A DNA stretch of 64,000 bases, from positions 26,972,001 to 27,036,000 of the forward strand of contig NC_086108.1 in NCBI RefSeq assembly GCF_963921235.1, written 5' to 3'. The position numbers were made by a program, and so were the translations under genes. Position 1 is the first letter of the stretch. Every line of letters begins with the position of its first letter. Origin of the DNA: Mobula hypostoma (lineage: Eukaryota). The notes beneath the pieces are model-generated. The model saw only the letters and a list, made by a program, of their open reading frames with translations, ran no database searches and had not been told where the DNA came from. Of the stretch, positions 11,800 to 25,172 are shown one piece after another.

Positions 11800-13560
11800 A
11801 AGTACTCTCAGAAACCAGCTGTATCTGGAAGCTGACTTCAGCAGTCCTACTGAGCAGCATTTTTTTTAACAGAAACTATTCATTGATACTGGGGTCATAT
11901 TCTGCCAGAGTCACTCATTTCCAGACTGGGGTACAGACTTGGTCCAAACATAGACCAATGGAAAATAACAGAGGCAAGTTTGACCAGGTGTGGCATCAAA
12001 CAGCCCTGATTCATGACTCAAAGTTGCTGGTGAACGCAGCAGGCCAAGTAGCATCTATAGGAAGAGGCGCAGTTGACGTTTCAGGCCGAGACCCTTCGTC
12101 AGGACGAAGGGTCTCGGCCTGAAACGTCGACTGCGCCTCTTCCTATAGATGTTGCTTGGCCTGCTGCGTTCACCAGCAACTTTGATGTATGTTGCTTGAA
12201 TTTCCAGCATCTGCAGTATTCCTGTTGTTTTCTGATTCATGACTCATGTCTTTCCATCATCTATGTGGCGTGCCATGTACACATACTCGGCTGACTGAAG
12301 GTTCAGCCGCACTCAGGAACTTGATGCCCCTTGGGCCAAAGCAGCTTCATGGAGAAAGGCCATTGACAAGAGAGCTAAATATGTTTAGACAAAGAACATA
12401 ACTAGGAGTAACATTTGAAATAATGCCATGGGTTGAGCTGATTTGCCTCCAACAACTAAAACCATCTTCTCCTGCCCGGCGAAACTCCCACTGGTGAAGT
12501 TATCGCCTGATTGCCAGTGACTTCTATTTGACAGGGGCTGCTTATTGCCACCCTTGGTCCAACACTGTTCCACGTCATGGGTATTCACTCTCACAATGCC
12601 TCTGCAATTTAGCTTTGGTTCATGTTTGGTCCAAGAATGAAGCACCAGTGTGGAGATGGTTAACCCTGACAGAATATAATCCCGGAATAAGTGGGCAGTT
12701 CTTAGTGAATAAATGCTGCTCAGTAGTACTTACAGCTGGTAACTGAGAGTACTCGAATGGGACAATAACTGGTTCAATTGAATTTGTGCTGCTTTCTGTG
12801 GGCAACACACTTGCATGGAACTTTATCAGGTGCTTGCAGCTCCACTGGAGCATACTGATGAGAGGTATGCTGTACCTTCACCATCACATTGAAAATATTT
12901 TCAAGTCATAGCATGCGTCCTTTGTTTTGTCCCAAGATCTCAGTGACGCTATCGACAGTGAATCAAAACTGGCCACACTGACCTCAGTTGATGGGAGGAA
13001 CAAGGTGAATCATCTGCTTGATACACCTGGATGCTGCACTCTGCTCTTTAGTACTGACTTGCTGGACTCTGTCATCACTGAGGAATGTTCGTTGGTACTG
13101 CTGCTTCCGTTGGCAGCTTTATAACCCAGCACTTCTCAGGATGGGATGTTGCAGGAGCTTTGCTTTGATGCATTGGTTTTGGGACAACTTATCTCTGGCT
13201 ATTGTATGCTGCTAGCATGGAAATGATCATGAGATGTGGATCCTGATTTTGCAATCTTATATTCTGGTATTTCCAGTGTTATTTCTTGCATGATCCTCTG
13301 TCTTCTTACAGTATGTTAGTAGTGTTGGTATCCTTGTTTCATGGTGGCAGTAGATTGAGTTTTATAATAGGTACTGAAGTTGGAGATTGCAGTGGAATGT
13401 AATGCTGCTGATGCTGATGGCCCTTAATAGATTCCCAGTTGTAAATTGGCAGACATTTTCCATATTCTGCCATATGGTGCAATGGTAGTGCCACACAATG
13501 TAGCAGACAGTGCCCTTAGTGCGAAGATGGTACTTTGTTACATTGTTGTGTGGTCAGTCC
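11800..13560. mobile_element. Highly decayed LINE RT fragments in opposite orientations
   Basis: Plus FDQVWHQ at about 11980-12000; minus WTK..LNCRGIVRV...QEKMVLVVGGKSAQ (ORF 12385-12645) resembles the RT region upstream of GVPQGS. Confidence 0.5.
12021..12231. mobile_element. Minimal palindromic PLE insertion
   Basis: 80-bp inverted arms (12021-12100, 12103-12182) of the PLE 3' repeat plus tail; 15-bp TSD ctgattcatgactca (12006-12020, 12232-12246). Confidence 0.9.
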
Positions 13561-15050
13561 TACCAACATGGCAATGAATAGATCAAACTGCAAAAGGCAG
13601 ATTACTGAGCAAAGTTAGCAGGTTAGTTAATTACATTTTGGCTGTAGCTTCCTAAAGAATTTCTTGATAACTTATCCAGGTTTTATGTAGAAGCAGAAAG
13701 AAAAGGATCTGATAATAATAAACTTAAGAAGTTATTAACTGAAAATGCAGATTAGATTTTACAGCAGTGTAGCATCTTTTTACTTTCTGGGAATGAAGCA
13801 GGTTGCCACTTGGAACTTGAAGCATGCATTTATTCCACTACCAGTTCACCAGTGGAAGGTGTAATGTGGAAGGCACCTCTGTCAAGAAGCTGCCAAGAAT
13901 GTACCTGTAAGGACCCTTAGTGTCCTTTGTGAATGTCTGCACTTTGGGGAAGTCTATTGCACAACCAATGCCCAGCCAGCTTGTAATGATAAACTTGCAT
14001 TGGCCAAAAACTCTGAAGTTTCCCAACATTACAACTGTGATTCTTTGACTTCAGAAAGGCAGTAGTTGAAATCAAAGTATCATTTCTGTGGTATACAGTA
14101 ACAGCAAAGATATCCTACAAGATTCCTGAGGTTTGTTTCCTGGAAGTGAAAGTGGCTGAGGAGGGCTACCTTGTAAGAAGAGTAATCTATATCAACTGTA
14201 AGCAATGTTGGTAGAGAGGGCCATTGTGTGACTCCTGGATGGATAAGATGTTGGATGAAACATTTTTGTTAGAAATCTTCCTCCTGTGTTTTATTTTATT
14301 TGTAGAATGGTGATGAAATGTGTTAGATAAGTTTGCTTTATATTTTGAAGGATAGAATAATGAGAGGAGTCAATTGAAACGTAATAAAGTGGCCACTGAG
14401 TGTATGCTTGTGATTTTCTGCTGCTGAATAGTACAGCAAGCTCAGGTAGCTCACCTCTGCTCTTAATTTTTGTGTTTCTGCGATGAACAAGGAATCATTT
14501 CCCAATTTACAGGCGTACTTTAACTATATCCAGCCATGAACCTAGGTGAACCTGCTGTGACTAGCTGGTGCAGTGGTCAATGGGGTTCCTGTGTGAAGTC
14601 TGTTTGTGGAGAGTAGTGCAGTAATCTGCCTATGACTGTGGAAAAATGTGGAATTAAATAAATCTGCAGTGGAGCCATCAGCCTTGGTGAAAGCCAGAAC
14701 TTATCAATACCATCATTATTTGAACCAATGAATTTGAAAATCTGCCTAGAGGCAAACCTTGGGTGAAGTTATTTAGTGAAGTAGGAGAATAGCACAATAT
14801 GAGAAAACTTTTCAATTAAAAGACAATGCAATTTTAATGACTGGTGTTAGCACATGCCAGGAATGTTTTTAAAATTGATTAATGTCATGTTAAAAATAAC
14901 TTTCCTCTGAAGAATACATTTTTATGGTATTGTCCAATTTAATTTATTGGCTTCTGTGGGTGCCTCAGCAGGCAAACTTCCGCAATTCAAGGCGTGACTT
15001 ATATTCAATCCTGACTTCCAGTTCAGTGAGAGTCTGCGCCTTCGTGATTA

Positions 15051-15838
15051 CACTGGACAACAAAGATTTTGCTTCCTGAATATCCTTGGGTGTAACTTAT
15101 GGATTTTGGGTGACTATCATGAAAATCACCATGAAATTTCCCTATTACCAACTTTGTTTTGAAATCACTAATATTTGTTATTTCAATTCATAGTTCAAAT
15201 CCAAATAACTCATGCCAAGATTAAGGAAGGCATTTTTGTTGGTACACAGATCATACAGATCAACAACAGCAGGCAATTCAAAAAACCTCTAGTGGGACTG
15301 GAGAAAATCACATGGAAGGCGTTCAAGACGTTGAACATTTTCTGGCAAATCCAGAGCACCGAACTACGTGCAGCTGGTTGGCAACATGTTTTAAGCATAC
15401 AAAACCATGAAGTGCAACATCACTGAAGATTCATTTTCTGCATTCTTGTTTAGACTTCTTCCCTGCAACTCTTGGCGCTGCCAGTGTTGAAGATGGTGAA
15501 AGGATTCACCAGGACACTGCAGTCATGGTGAAATGGTATCAGAGCAACTGGAATCCATCAGTGCTGGCTGATTATTGTTTGACACTTAAATGAGAAGCCT
15601 CAGGCACTGAGAACAACTGAAAATCATCAACAAAACATTTTCAGCTTAGTTGAACTATTGCAAAGTGTCAGCACCATTATGCAGTTAAACACATTATATT
15701 TAATAGCAGTTAAATTCTTGTTTCTCCAAATTCCTACATGATACAACTAGTCTGAAATTATACTTGTGTTTAGTGGTCTATCATAAAAGAAAAAAATTCT
15801 GCGGAAGGAAGACTTTCAAAAAAATTTATTATCCAGTG
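15051..15838 (+). mobile_element. Chapaev3-like (CMC) DNA transposon, internally deleted
   Basis: TIRs CACTGGACAACAAA / TTTATTATCCAGTG (two transitions); left flank TTA; transposase remnants AKIKEGIFVG.QI, EK..WKAFK, HQD..VM.KWYQSNWNPSVLADYC. Confidence 0.75.
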
Positions 15839-15889
15839 TATCAGTATGTTTAGTTGGGCCTACTGACATACTGACACATGCAGGGTTCC

Positions 15890-17283
15890 TGTGCTGTGGA
15901 AAACGTCCTGCCTCATCCCTGTGCCGAAGACGCCGTGCCCCAGCGGCCTCAATGACTACAGACCAGTGGCATTGCCCTCTCAGATCATGAAGACCCTGGA
16001 GAGACTTGTTCTAGAGCTACTCCGGCCTACGGTCAGGCCACACTTAGATCACCTCTAGTTCGCCTACCAGCCCCGATTAGGACTTGAGGATGCCATCGTC
16101 TACCTGCTGAACCATGTCTACGCCTACCTGGACAAGCCAGCGAGCACTGTGAGGGTCATGTTTTTTGACTTCTCCAGTGCGTTCAACATCATCCGCCCTG
16201 CTCTGCTGGGGGAGAAGCTGACAGCGATGCAGGTGGATGCTTCCCTGCTGTCATGGATTCTTGATACCTAACTGGCAGACCACAGTACGTGTGCTTGCAT
16301 CACTGTGTGTCCGACAGAGTGATCAGCAGCACTGAGGCTCCACAGGGGACTGTCTTACCTCCTTTTCTCTTCATCATTTTCACCTCAGACTTCAAATATT
16401 GCACGGAGTCTTGTCATCTTCAGAGGTTTTCGGATGACTATGCCATAGTTGGATGCATCAGCAGGGGAGATGAGGCTGAGTACAGGGCTACTGTAGGAAA
16501 CTTTGTCACATGATGTGAGCAGAATTATCTGCAGCTTAATATGAAAAAGACTAAGGAGCTGGTGGTAGACCTGAGGAGAGCTAAGGTACCGGTGACCCCT
16601 GATTCCATCCAGGGGGTCAGTATAGACATGGTGGAGGATTACAAATACCTGGGGATATGAATTGACAATAAACTGGACTGGTCAAAGAACACTGAGGCCA
16701 TCTACAAGAAGGGTCAGAGATAGCTCTATTTCCTGAGGAGACTGAGGTCCTTTAACATCTGCCGGACAATGCTGAAGATGTTCTACGAGTCTGTGATGGC
16801 CAGTGCTATCATTTTTGCTGTTGTGTGCTGGGGCAGCAGGCTGAGGGTAGCAGACTCCAACAGAATCAACAAGCTCATTCGTAAGGCCAGTGATGTTGTG
16901 GGGATGGAACTGGACTCTCTGACGGTGGTGTCTGAAAAGAGGATGCTGTCCAAGTTGCATGCCATCTTGGACAATGTCTCCCATCCACTACATAATGTAC
17001 TGGGTGGGCACAGGAGTACATTCAGCCAGAGACTCATTCCACCGAGATGCAACACAGAGCATCATAGGAAGTCATTCTTGCCTTTGGCCATCAAACTTTA
17101 CAGCTCCTCCCTTGGAGGGTCAGACACCCTGAGCCAATAGGCTGGTCCTGGACTTATTTCCTGGCATAATTTACATATTACTATTTAACTATTTATGGTT
17201 TTATTACTATTTATTATTTATGGTGCAACTGTAATGAAAACCAATTTCCCCCAGGATCAATAAAGTATGACTATGACTATGAC
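15890..17283 (+). mobile_element. 5'-truncated Rex1/Babar-type LINE, RT with stops
   Basis: WKTSCLIPVPK, NDYRPVAL, FFDFSSAFN, APQGTVLPPFLF, FSDDYAIVG; AATAAA followed by (tatgac)n tail. Confidence 0.92.
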
Positions 17284-18663
17284 CAAAGGGCTTGTTTCTG
17301 GGCTGCTTCACAGTATGATTCGGACTTAAGACAACAAACTGCTACCACCTTTGCAAGGACAGTTAGGGATGGTACATAATCCTACATATGAAAAGGGAGC
17401 TAGAACTTTGCAGGTGCAGCTTTCCTTTTCGCATTGACACACTGAAGTATTTGAAGGTCACTTGTATAGCTAGAAATCCAAAGTATACTATGACATTCAA
17501 TGACAAATTCTGAGGTTAGGAGCAAATCTAAATAATAGGAATCAAATCCTAGCAAATAGAGATGCAAATGTTTGATAATTCAACTCCACACCCAGAAAAG
17601 AGTAATTTACAATAAAGCACTGAATAGAAAATAAAATATTGCCACAAATTATCACATAAAAGAACTCACATATGCACCACGAAATAATTAAACCATTTGC
17701 AAAATTGAACAGTGGAACCTGAACAGCTGACACATTACATCGTGGGCTATCATCTACATGTACTGAAAGCTTCTAAAAGACTGTAATTTCCTCTTTGTAG
17801 AGCAGCCAAAATCCCAGTAATTATTCAGAAGATTTAACTCCAACATGTTGAACTAACTGATTTGCAGCTAATGCTGGATTTTAATGTGACACAAAATGGT
17901 TTTATCCATTTAACTCATTCCAGTTTAGTGTTGCCTGACTAAGTGTATGCAAGATGGATACTGTGTTTTTAAGCAAATGAACAATATGTTGAAATACCAT
18001 GAGTGCAAAGTTGTGTATAGTGATCTTTAAGATCATGGTTCTGTAATGGATCTGAAGGTTCCTGCCAATGACTTAAAGAGTGATACATCACCATGAAGGA
18101 TTATTTTGGTTTTAAGTAGTTAAAATGACAGAAATATAGATGTTTACATTCAGCTTCTTACCACTTAAAGACAAAGTATATCATTTTACAGTTACTGCTG
18201 AAATGCCATCAATGTGGGAATATGCCAGCCAATTTGCAAAAATACGATGATATAAATGACTAGGCAACATGTGAAATGGTGTCTGAGGAGTAAATGAACA
18301 CAATGGAGAAATTCCCTAACTTTCAAGTAGAGTGTATCTTCTACTCACAAAGAAACTTTAAATTAAGAACTCGTTGGGAACAAAAACTGTGCAGCACTTC
18401 TTCCATCAATGCACTTGCAGGCAAGATTTGAGCCTTCTTACTCAAAAGAAATCATGCAGCTGACTCAGTCTGTATCTGGTCAAAAGGAAGTGGTAATCCC
18501 ATGGAAAATATTGATCATGCCAACATTGAGTTGGTTAAGAATGTTCACAAGTTGAGTTCATTTAGTGTTTGATTGTTCTCAGGGATAACTAAACTTTTGG
18601 ATACTAAAGAATTTGGATATTTAAAGTAGTTTTATTTACCTTTCAGTCAGTTTAGATAAACAA

Positions 18664-21100
18664 AGTTCAAAGTTCAAAGTAAATTTATTGTCAGAGTACA
18701 TATACAACCCTGAGATTTATTATCTTGTGGGCAATCACAGTAAATCCAAGAAACACAATAGAATCAATGCAAGACTGTGCCCAACAACTAAGGACGGACA
18801 ACAACGAATGTGCAAAGAAGAAACAACAAACTGTGCAAATACAAACAGAAAGAGAAGATAAAAAGAAATCATAATATTAATAAATAAATGTATAAGCAAC
18901 GAACACCCAGACCATGAGATGAAGAGTTCTTGAAAGTGAGTCCATATGAGTCTATAGGTTGTGGGAACAGTTCAGTGATGAGCCAAGTGAAGTTGAGTGA
19001 AATTATCCTGACTAGTTCAAGACCCTGATGGTTGAGGTGTAATAACACAGGACAACATTTTTTTTCCAAAGTTTTGCTTCCACAGAATTTTTTTGTTTAT
19101 ATTAGACAGCTTGAAGTTGAACACATAATTCCAGACCACTTGATTCATGTAGGAGTTTGGAGAAATAAGAAATAAACTTCTTTTGAATATAATACGTTTA
19201 ATTGCATAATGGCGCTGATTGGGAATTTCCATGGTGATATTCATGATCAGCAGCCCAAATTCCATTAGATACACCCAAAAGTATTCAGGAAGCAAAATTG
19301 TTGCTGTCCAGTGTAACTGTTCCTGAACATGGTGGTGTGGAACCTGAGATTCCTGTCTGTTCTTCTTGATGGAAGCAGTGAGAAGAGAGCATGGCCTGGA
19401 TGGTGAGTGGCCCTGATGATGGATGCTGTTTTCCTGTGATAGTGCTCTGTATAAATGTGCACAATGGTGGGGAGGATTTTACTTGTGATGGACTGGGACA
19501 TATCTACTACTTTCTGTGGGCTTTTCTGGTCAAGGGCATGATGTAACCAGTCAGTATATTCTCTACCACACATCTATAGAAGTTTGTCAAAGTTTTAAAT
19601 GTGATGCCAAACTTCTAAAAAAGTGGAGGCACTTCTGTTCTTTCTTCATAATGACATTTATGTGCTGAGCACAGGACAGATACTCTGAAATGATACCAGT
19701 GAGGAATTTGAAGTTGCTGACCCTTTCCGCCTCTGATATCCCGAGGAGGACTGGCTCATGGACTTCCAATTTCCTCCTCCTGACATCAATAATCATCTCC
19801 TTGGTCTTGCTATTGTTAGGTGAGAGGTTGTTGCTGTGGCACTTCTCAGCCAGGTTTTCAATCTCCATCCTGTATGCTGATTTGCCACCACCTTTGATTT
19901 GGCCAATGACAGTGGTGTCACAGGCAAACTAAAATATAACTTTGGAGCTGCGCTTAGCTTCAGTCATAAGTACAAAGCGAGTAGAGCTGAGATCTAAACA
20001 CAGAGCCTTGTTGTGCACCTGTGCTGATAGAGATCGCGGAAGAAACGTTGTTGCAAATCTGAACTGACTGGGGTCTGCAAGTGAGGGAATCAAGGACCAA
20101 TTGCACAAGGAAGTGTTGAAACTTAGGACAAAGCTTATTGATTAGTTTTGAGGGGATGATCGTATTAAATGTTAAGCTGCAATCAATGAAATGCATCCTA
20201 ATCCATGCATCTTTGGAATCCAGTTGTTCCAGGTTGAGTGACGAGCCAATGAAAATACATCTGCTGTTGATCTGTTGTAATGGTAGGCAAATTAGAGTGG
20301 ATCCAAGTCGCTTCTCAGGCAGGAGTTGATATGTTTCATCACCAACCTCTTAAAGCACTTCATCACAGTATGTAAGTGCTACTGGACTATAGTTATTGAG
20401 GTAAGGTGACCACGTTCTTGTTTTTGAAACTTGCTTGAAGCAGGTGGGTATCTCAGACTGCCAAAGTGAGAGGCTAAAGACATCGGTGCACATTACAGCC
20501 AGTTAATCAGCACTGGTCATTAGTTCTCAACCAGTTACACTGTCAGGGCTGGATGATTTCAGTGGGATCATCCTTCTAAAGAATGCTCTCTTGTCGGCCA
20601 CAGAGATTGATATCACAGGGTCATCGGGGACTGTGAGACAGTGAGAAAATGCCACCATGTTTTGATGGTCAAAGTGAGCATAAAGAGCATTGAACATATC
20701 TGGGAACAAAGCCTTAATGTCATGTATGTCGCTTGGTTTCACTTTGTAGAAGGAGATAGAAGTCAAGCCATGACACAGCTGTCAAGCATTCTTCAGTGGT
20801 TCAAGTTTGGTCCAGAAATGCCACTTCACAAGTGAGGCTTTCCAGAGATCATACCTGGACTTCTTGTATGTAACTTGGTTGTCATACCTCAATGTCACTG
20901 ACCTGACCCTCAGCAGATTGCAGATCTCAGGTTCATCCAAGGCTTTTAGTTGAGAAAGACTCTGAATGATTTTGTGGGTACACTCTCCTCTATGACAATT
21001 TTTATAATGTCCATGACAACCATAGTGGATTTGTTCAGATCCTCTATAGAGTCCTGGAACACAAGCCTACTCATCCTACAGCCAGTCCTCAGCTTCCCGC
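18664..21100 (-). mobile_element. Decayed Rex1/Babar-type LINE with long 3' UTR; interrupted at about 19045-19305
   Basis: FIDCSLTFNTIIPSKL, STGAQQGSV, CHSNNLSPNNSKTKEMIID, HHPGHALFSLLPS; (tttgaac)n tail at 18664-18680. Confidence 0.8.
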
Positions 21101-21783
21101 AAACACCTCTTTGCTCTCCCTATCTCTTGCAAAGCCAGAAAGCGAAAAAGCTCTCTCTACTTTCATTCAAATTTTTATCTGCCTTGTGCAAATGTCAAGA
21201 ATCTCAAAGTTTACTATAATTGTTATTCTCAACATTACTTCTTTGGTTTGAATGTTGACTAGACACTAATCCAAAATCCTGAGTTTAAGAACATATCACC
21301 AAGGCTGTATTGTATACGGTGCACCTATAGTTTAGTTTTTTTTCTGCAAATCCCACAGAAACGGTGGAAAATATTTGGCTGATTGGAAACTTAGATTAGA
21401 CTAAAGCTACTAAGTAAATTTATTGCTCAAGTCAAATTATACAGATACGGGAATAAATCTATTGCCATACACAATACAGTGTTTCAATTTATCAACTCTC
21501 AACCATTCTGTTAAGAAACTTTTCATCGTAACTCACAGAAAATATATGATTTAAATCCTTTCAGATTTCAGTCCAGAGAATTCCAAGTATAAATTTGTTA
21601 CTTTCCTTTGGTTAGCTACAAATTCAAAAAGAAGAATAAAGTGCTGAGGGCCTTGTGATTTGAAACTGGATGGATCCTGAAATTTGTTACCAATCTAATG
21701 TCTCAGCTGAAAGATGGTACTATTGACAGTTGTCTTTCTTTGCCAAGGAACTGTGTCAACAGCCTAGATTCTGAATTCAATCT

Positions 21784-23750
21784 TTTTTTTAATACTTTAT
21801 TTTCAAAACAAAAACAATGAAATCCACAAGAACATACCAGCTCAGACATGTGTAAGAATGAAATAAGCACAAAAAAATGGGACATAACATTCGAGGGATG
21901 CCTATTGTACAAAGTGCTCAAAAATGCTAAACGTTAAATCTCAAATGAGGGCCATGAGAAATCAGCTGGGGGGAAAGCCCCCGGCCTCGTCCAGGTAGGC
22001 AAGAAATGGATCCCAGAGAGCCAAAAAATTTTTAATTGAATTGGTTCTCGAGAACCTAAGTTTCTCCATCTGTATAACTGAGATCATATCAGTCATCCAT
22101 CGCCGAAAGGAAGGGGGAGAGGGTGATTTCCATTCCCTCAAGATAAGTCTTTTGGCGACAATCATCCCCAGCATCAGAGACAGTTGTACGGCTGCAGGGA
22201 AACAAATAGTAGATTGCGAGCAGCCAAAGATGGCGAGACCAGCTTCCAAGGGGAAGGATCTTTTATAGGCCTTCGAATATCAGTCGAATATTTTGGACAA
22301 AAATCCAGTCAGTAATGGGCAAAACTAAAAGGTGTGTGACAACGTGGCTTTCGTCCCTTGGCATCTATCACGCATTGGCAAGACAGAAGGGTAAATCCTG
22401 TGCAATCTAAGTTTAGAGTAGTGGAGACGGTGGACAACTTTAAACTGGATCAGTTGGTGTCTGCTGTTAACAGGGCACACCTGTATCATAGACAAACTCT
22501 TGTCCCAGGCAGCTTCAGATAATTCAATACCCAACTCCTCTCTCCAGGCGTCTCTAATCTTCACAGTAGACGCTACAGTGCAATCATCAAACAAACATAC
22601 AAACTTAGAAACGAGATGCCTGGAGTCAGGAGGGTTCTTTAAAATATCAAAAAACATATGTTTCCCTGGAAGGATTTCAGAATTACAAATCCTAGGTTGA
22701 ATGTAGTGTCTAATTTGTAAGTAACGAAAAAAGTGCGACTGAAGTAGCTCAAATTTCTCTTTCAGCAGACTAAATGTTGCAAACCGTCCCCCTATGTACA
22801 GGTCTTCAATAGAAACTAGATCCTTCTCCCTCCAAGCATGGTAGGTTTTATCTGGCCATGAGGGTAGAGAGGATTGATTGAAACAGATTGGTATTTGTAC
22901 AGAGGTCTCTGGTAAATTCAGAATGTTCCTAATCTGATTTAGAATTCTGACGGAATTTTTCAAAACAAAACTCCAACTTTTTGAAGTCCCAGGCTTTTCT
23001 AACTTAGAAAACAGCATGGCTGACAAGGAGGAATTGACAACAGAGTTAGACTCCATACGTAGCCACAAGTGGGCCCCAGGGACTAGATTATCTGGAGCCC
23101 TCTGTTGCCAAAACATTAAAGCCCTAGCATTGACAGCCCAATAATAGTGTCTGAATACAGGTAATCCCAGCCCTCCTTCAGACTTGGGCTTTTGTAAATG
23201 AATTTTCAAAATCCTGTGATTCTTATAATTCCAGATATAAGACAAAATTATGGAGTCGAATTCTTTAAAGAAGGCTGATGTAAGAAAAATGGGGAGATTT
23301 TGCCAAAGGTAGAGAAATCTCGGAAGGGAAAACATTTTCATTGAATTTATTCGACCAATCATGGACAGAGGTAGGGATTTCCAACTTTCTATATTCTGTT
23401 TAAGTTTTGAAATAAATTCCACGAAGTTTAATTTAAATATTAATTTAGGATCTTTGGGGATTGCCAAGATAAGTAAAGCAATCTTTAACTACTTTGAACG
23501 GGACGCTTTCCAAAAAACCCCACATGTAGACGTTGGAGAGGGGCACAAAGTCACTTTTTGTCCAATTGATTTGAGTATCCCGATAGTCTGCCAAAAGAGG
23601 TGATTAAATCTAGAAGAAGGGGGACTGACTTTTCTGAGTTTTGTAAGTAGAGTATCACATCGTTGGCATATATATTCAATCTTTGACCAAAATCTCAGAC
23701 TTAGTACAGTCAAATTGAAATGACCCTGATTTTTTCTGTGGGTAAAATCC
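21784..23750 (-). mobile_element. 5'-truncated L1-clade LINE (ORF2 3' half)
   Basis: IYANDVILY at about 23650-23680; ORF 22325-23467 has WKSLPLSMIGRIN, LPRFLYL, GGLGLP, FFRYLQIRH, IQFKVVHR; AATAAA and A-tail at 21784-21802. Confidence 0.9.
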
Positions 23751-24586
23751 AAGATTCAATTATTTGATTAAGTGTTCGTTTTGCATTTCTGTGTTTATCT
23801 CTCTATCAGCTGGATGCAGGTGTATTCAAATGCAGAAAAACATGCTACGTAGAGTCTCATAGAAGTTTGGAGAATTGTGTGTAAAGAGTTAGGGAATATG
23901 TTAAGCTGAATCATATTGACTGAACAGACCACTTGATGTCAGCAACTTAGGTGTGAGGATTAGACTTTTGTGACCCCAATGAATGACAGATTTATTTTTT
24001 AACTGTTTATATTTTAAGCATCTATTGACATTTAAAATTATTAAAATGATTTTAAATTTTAGAAGCATTTAAGACAAAGTTATCTAAGGACGCCACCTGT
24101 CATGCAACAAGTACTAAAATCTTTTTCAACATTCATAGAAGGCAAAGCTCCATCTACAGCTTTACCATTTATTAATATTGTGATGGTGGTTGCAAGGGTT
24201 GGGGTTCTGCAGAATAGTACAGTTGCTTTTAGATCTCACATTCAATGAAAGGAGGCAGAGGACCTGCTAGAATTCTAGGTGTGCTCAGATTGCAGGCCGT
24301 GCTTGTGGATAGTGGACATTATTATGCCCGCTCAAAAGGATCACCAAGCCCTTTTAATATTGAGTATAAAACAGTGGAAGGTGGTGGAGAGAAGCGGGTG
24401 GTGGTGGTGGGGTGGAGGGAAGCAGAGGTAGAACATGAATTTGAAATCAAGGAGACATAAGGAAATTTTGCTGGACCAACTGGTGATACAAATATAGGGA
24501 AGGAATTCAACAAGAAGGATTTAAAATTAGAGGTGCTTGCAGATTGGAAATCAATGTGGTTGGTCAATGAATGGAACTTCAAAAAG

Positions 24587-25172
24587 GATTAGATTAGATT
24601 AGATTAGATTATGAGGACATGCAGTCCTCTTTTATTGTCACTTAGTAATGCATGCATTAAGAAATGATACAATGTTCCTCCAGAAAGATATAACAGAAAC
24701 ACAAGACAAACCAAGACTAAAAAAAATGACAAAAACTACATAATTATAACATATAGTTACAACAGTGCAAAGCAATACCGTAATTAGATGAAGAACAGAC
24801 CATTGGCACGGTAAGAAAAAGTCTCAAAGTCTCTCGAAAGTCCTATCATCTCACGCTGACGGTAGAAGGAAGAGAAGCTCTCTCCCTGCCATGAGCTTCC
24901 TGCGCTGCAAACTTGCCGATGCAGCATCCTGGAAGCAGTGGACTACAGCCAACTCTTGAGTCCGTCCAAAAACTTCGTGCCTCTGACCAGCCCTCTGACA
25001 CTGAGCACCAAGCACCATCTCTGCTGAGCGCTTCGACCCCGACCCCGGCAACAGGTAATAGGTAAAGCTGAGGATTTGGGGCTTACCCTCCGGAGATTCT
25101 CGATCGCACAGTAGCAGCGGCAGCGAAGCAGGCATTTCAGAAGTTTCTCCAGATGTTCCTCCGTGCTTCTCA
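24587..25172 (-). mobile_element. LINE 3' UTR fragment with (AATCT)n tail
   Basis: (gatta)5 at 24587-24611 followed by ttttattgtc (AATAAA on minus); CpG-rich body. Confidence 0.55.
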
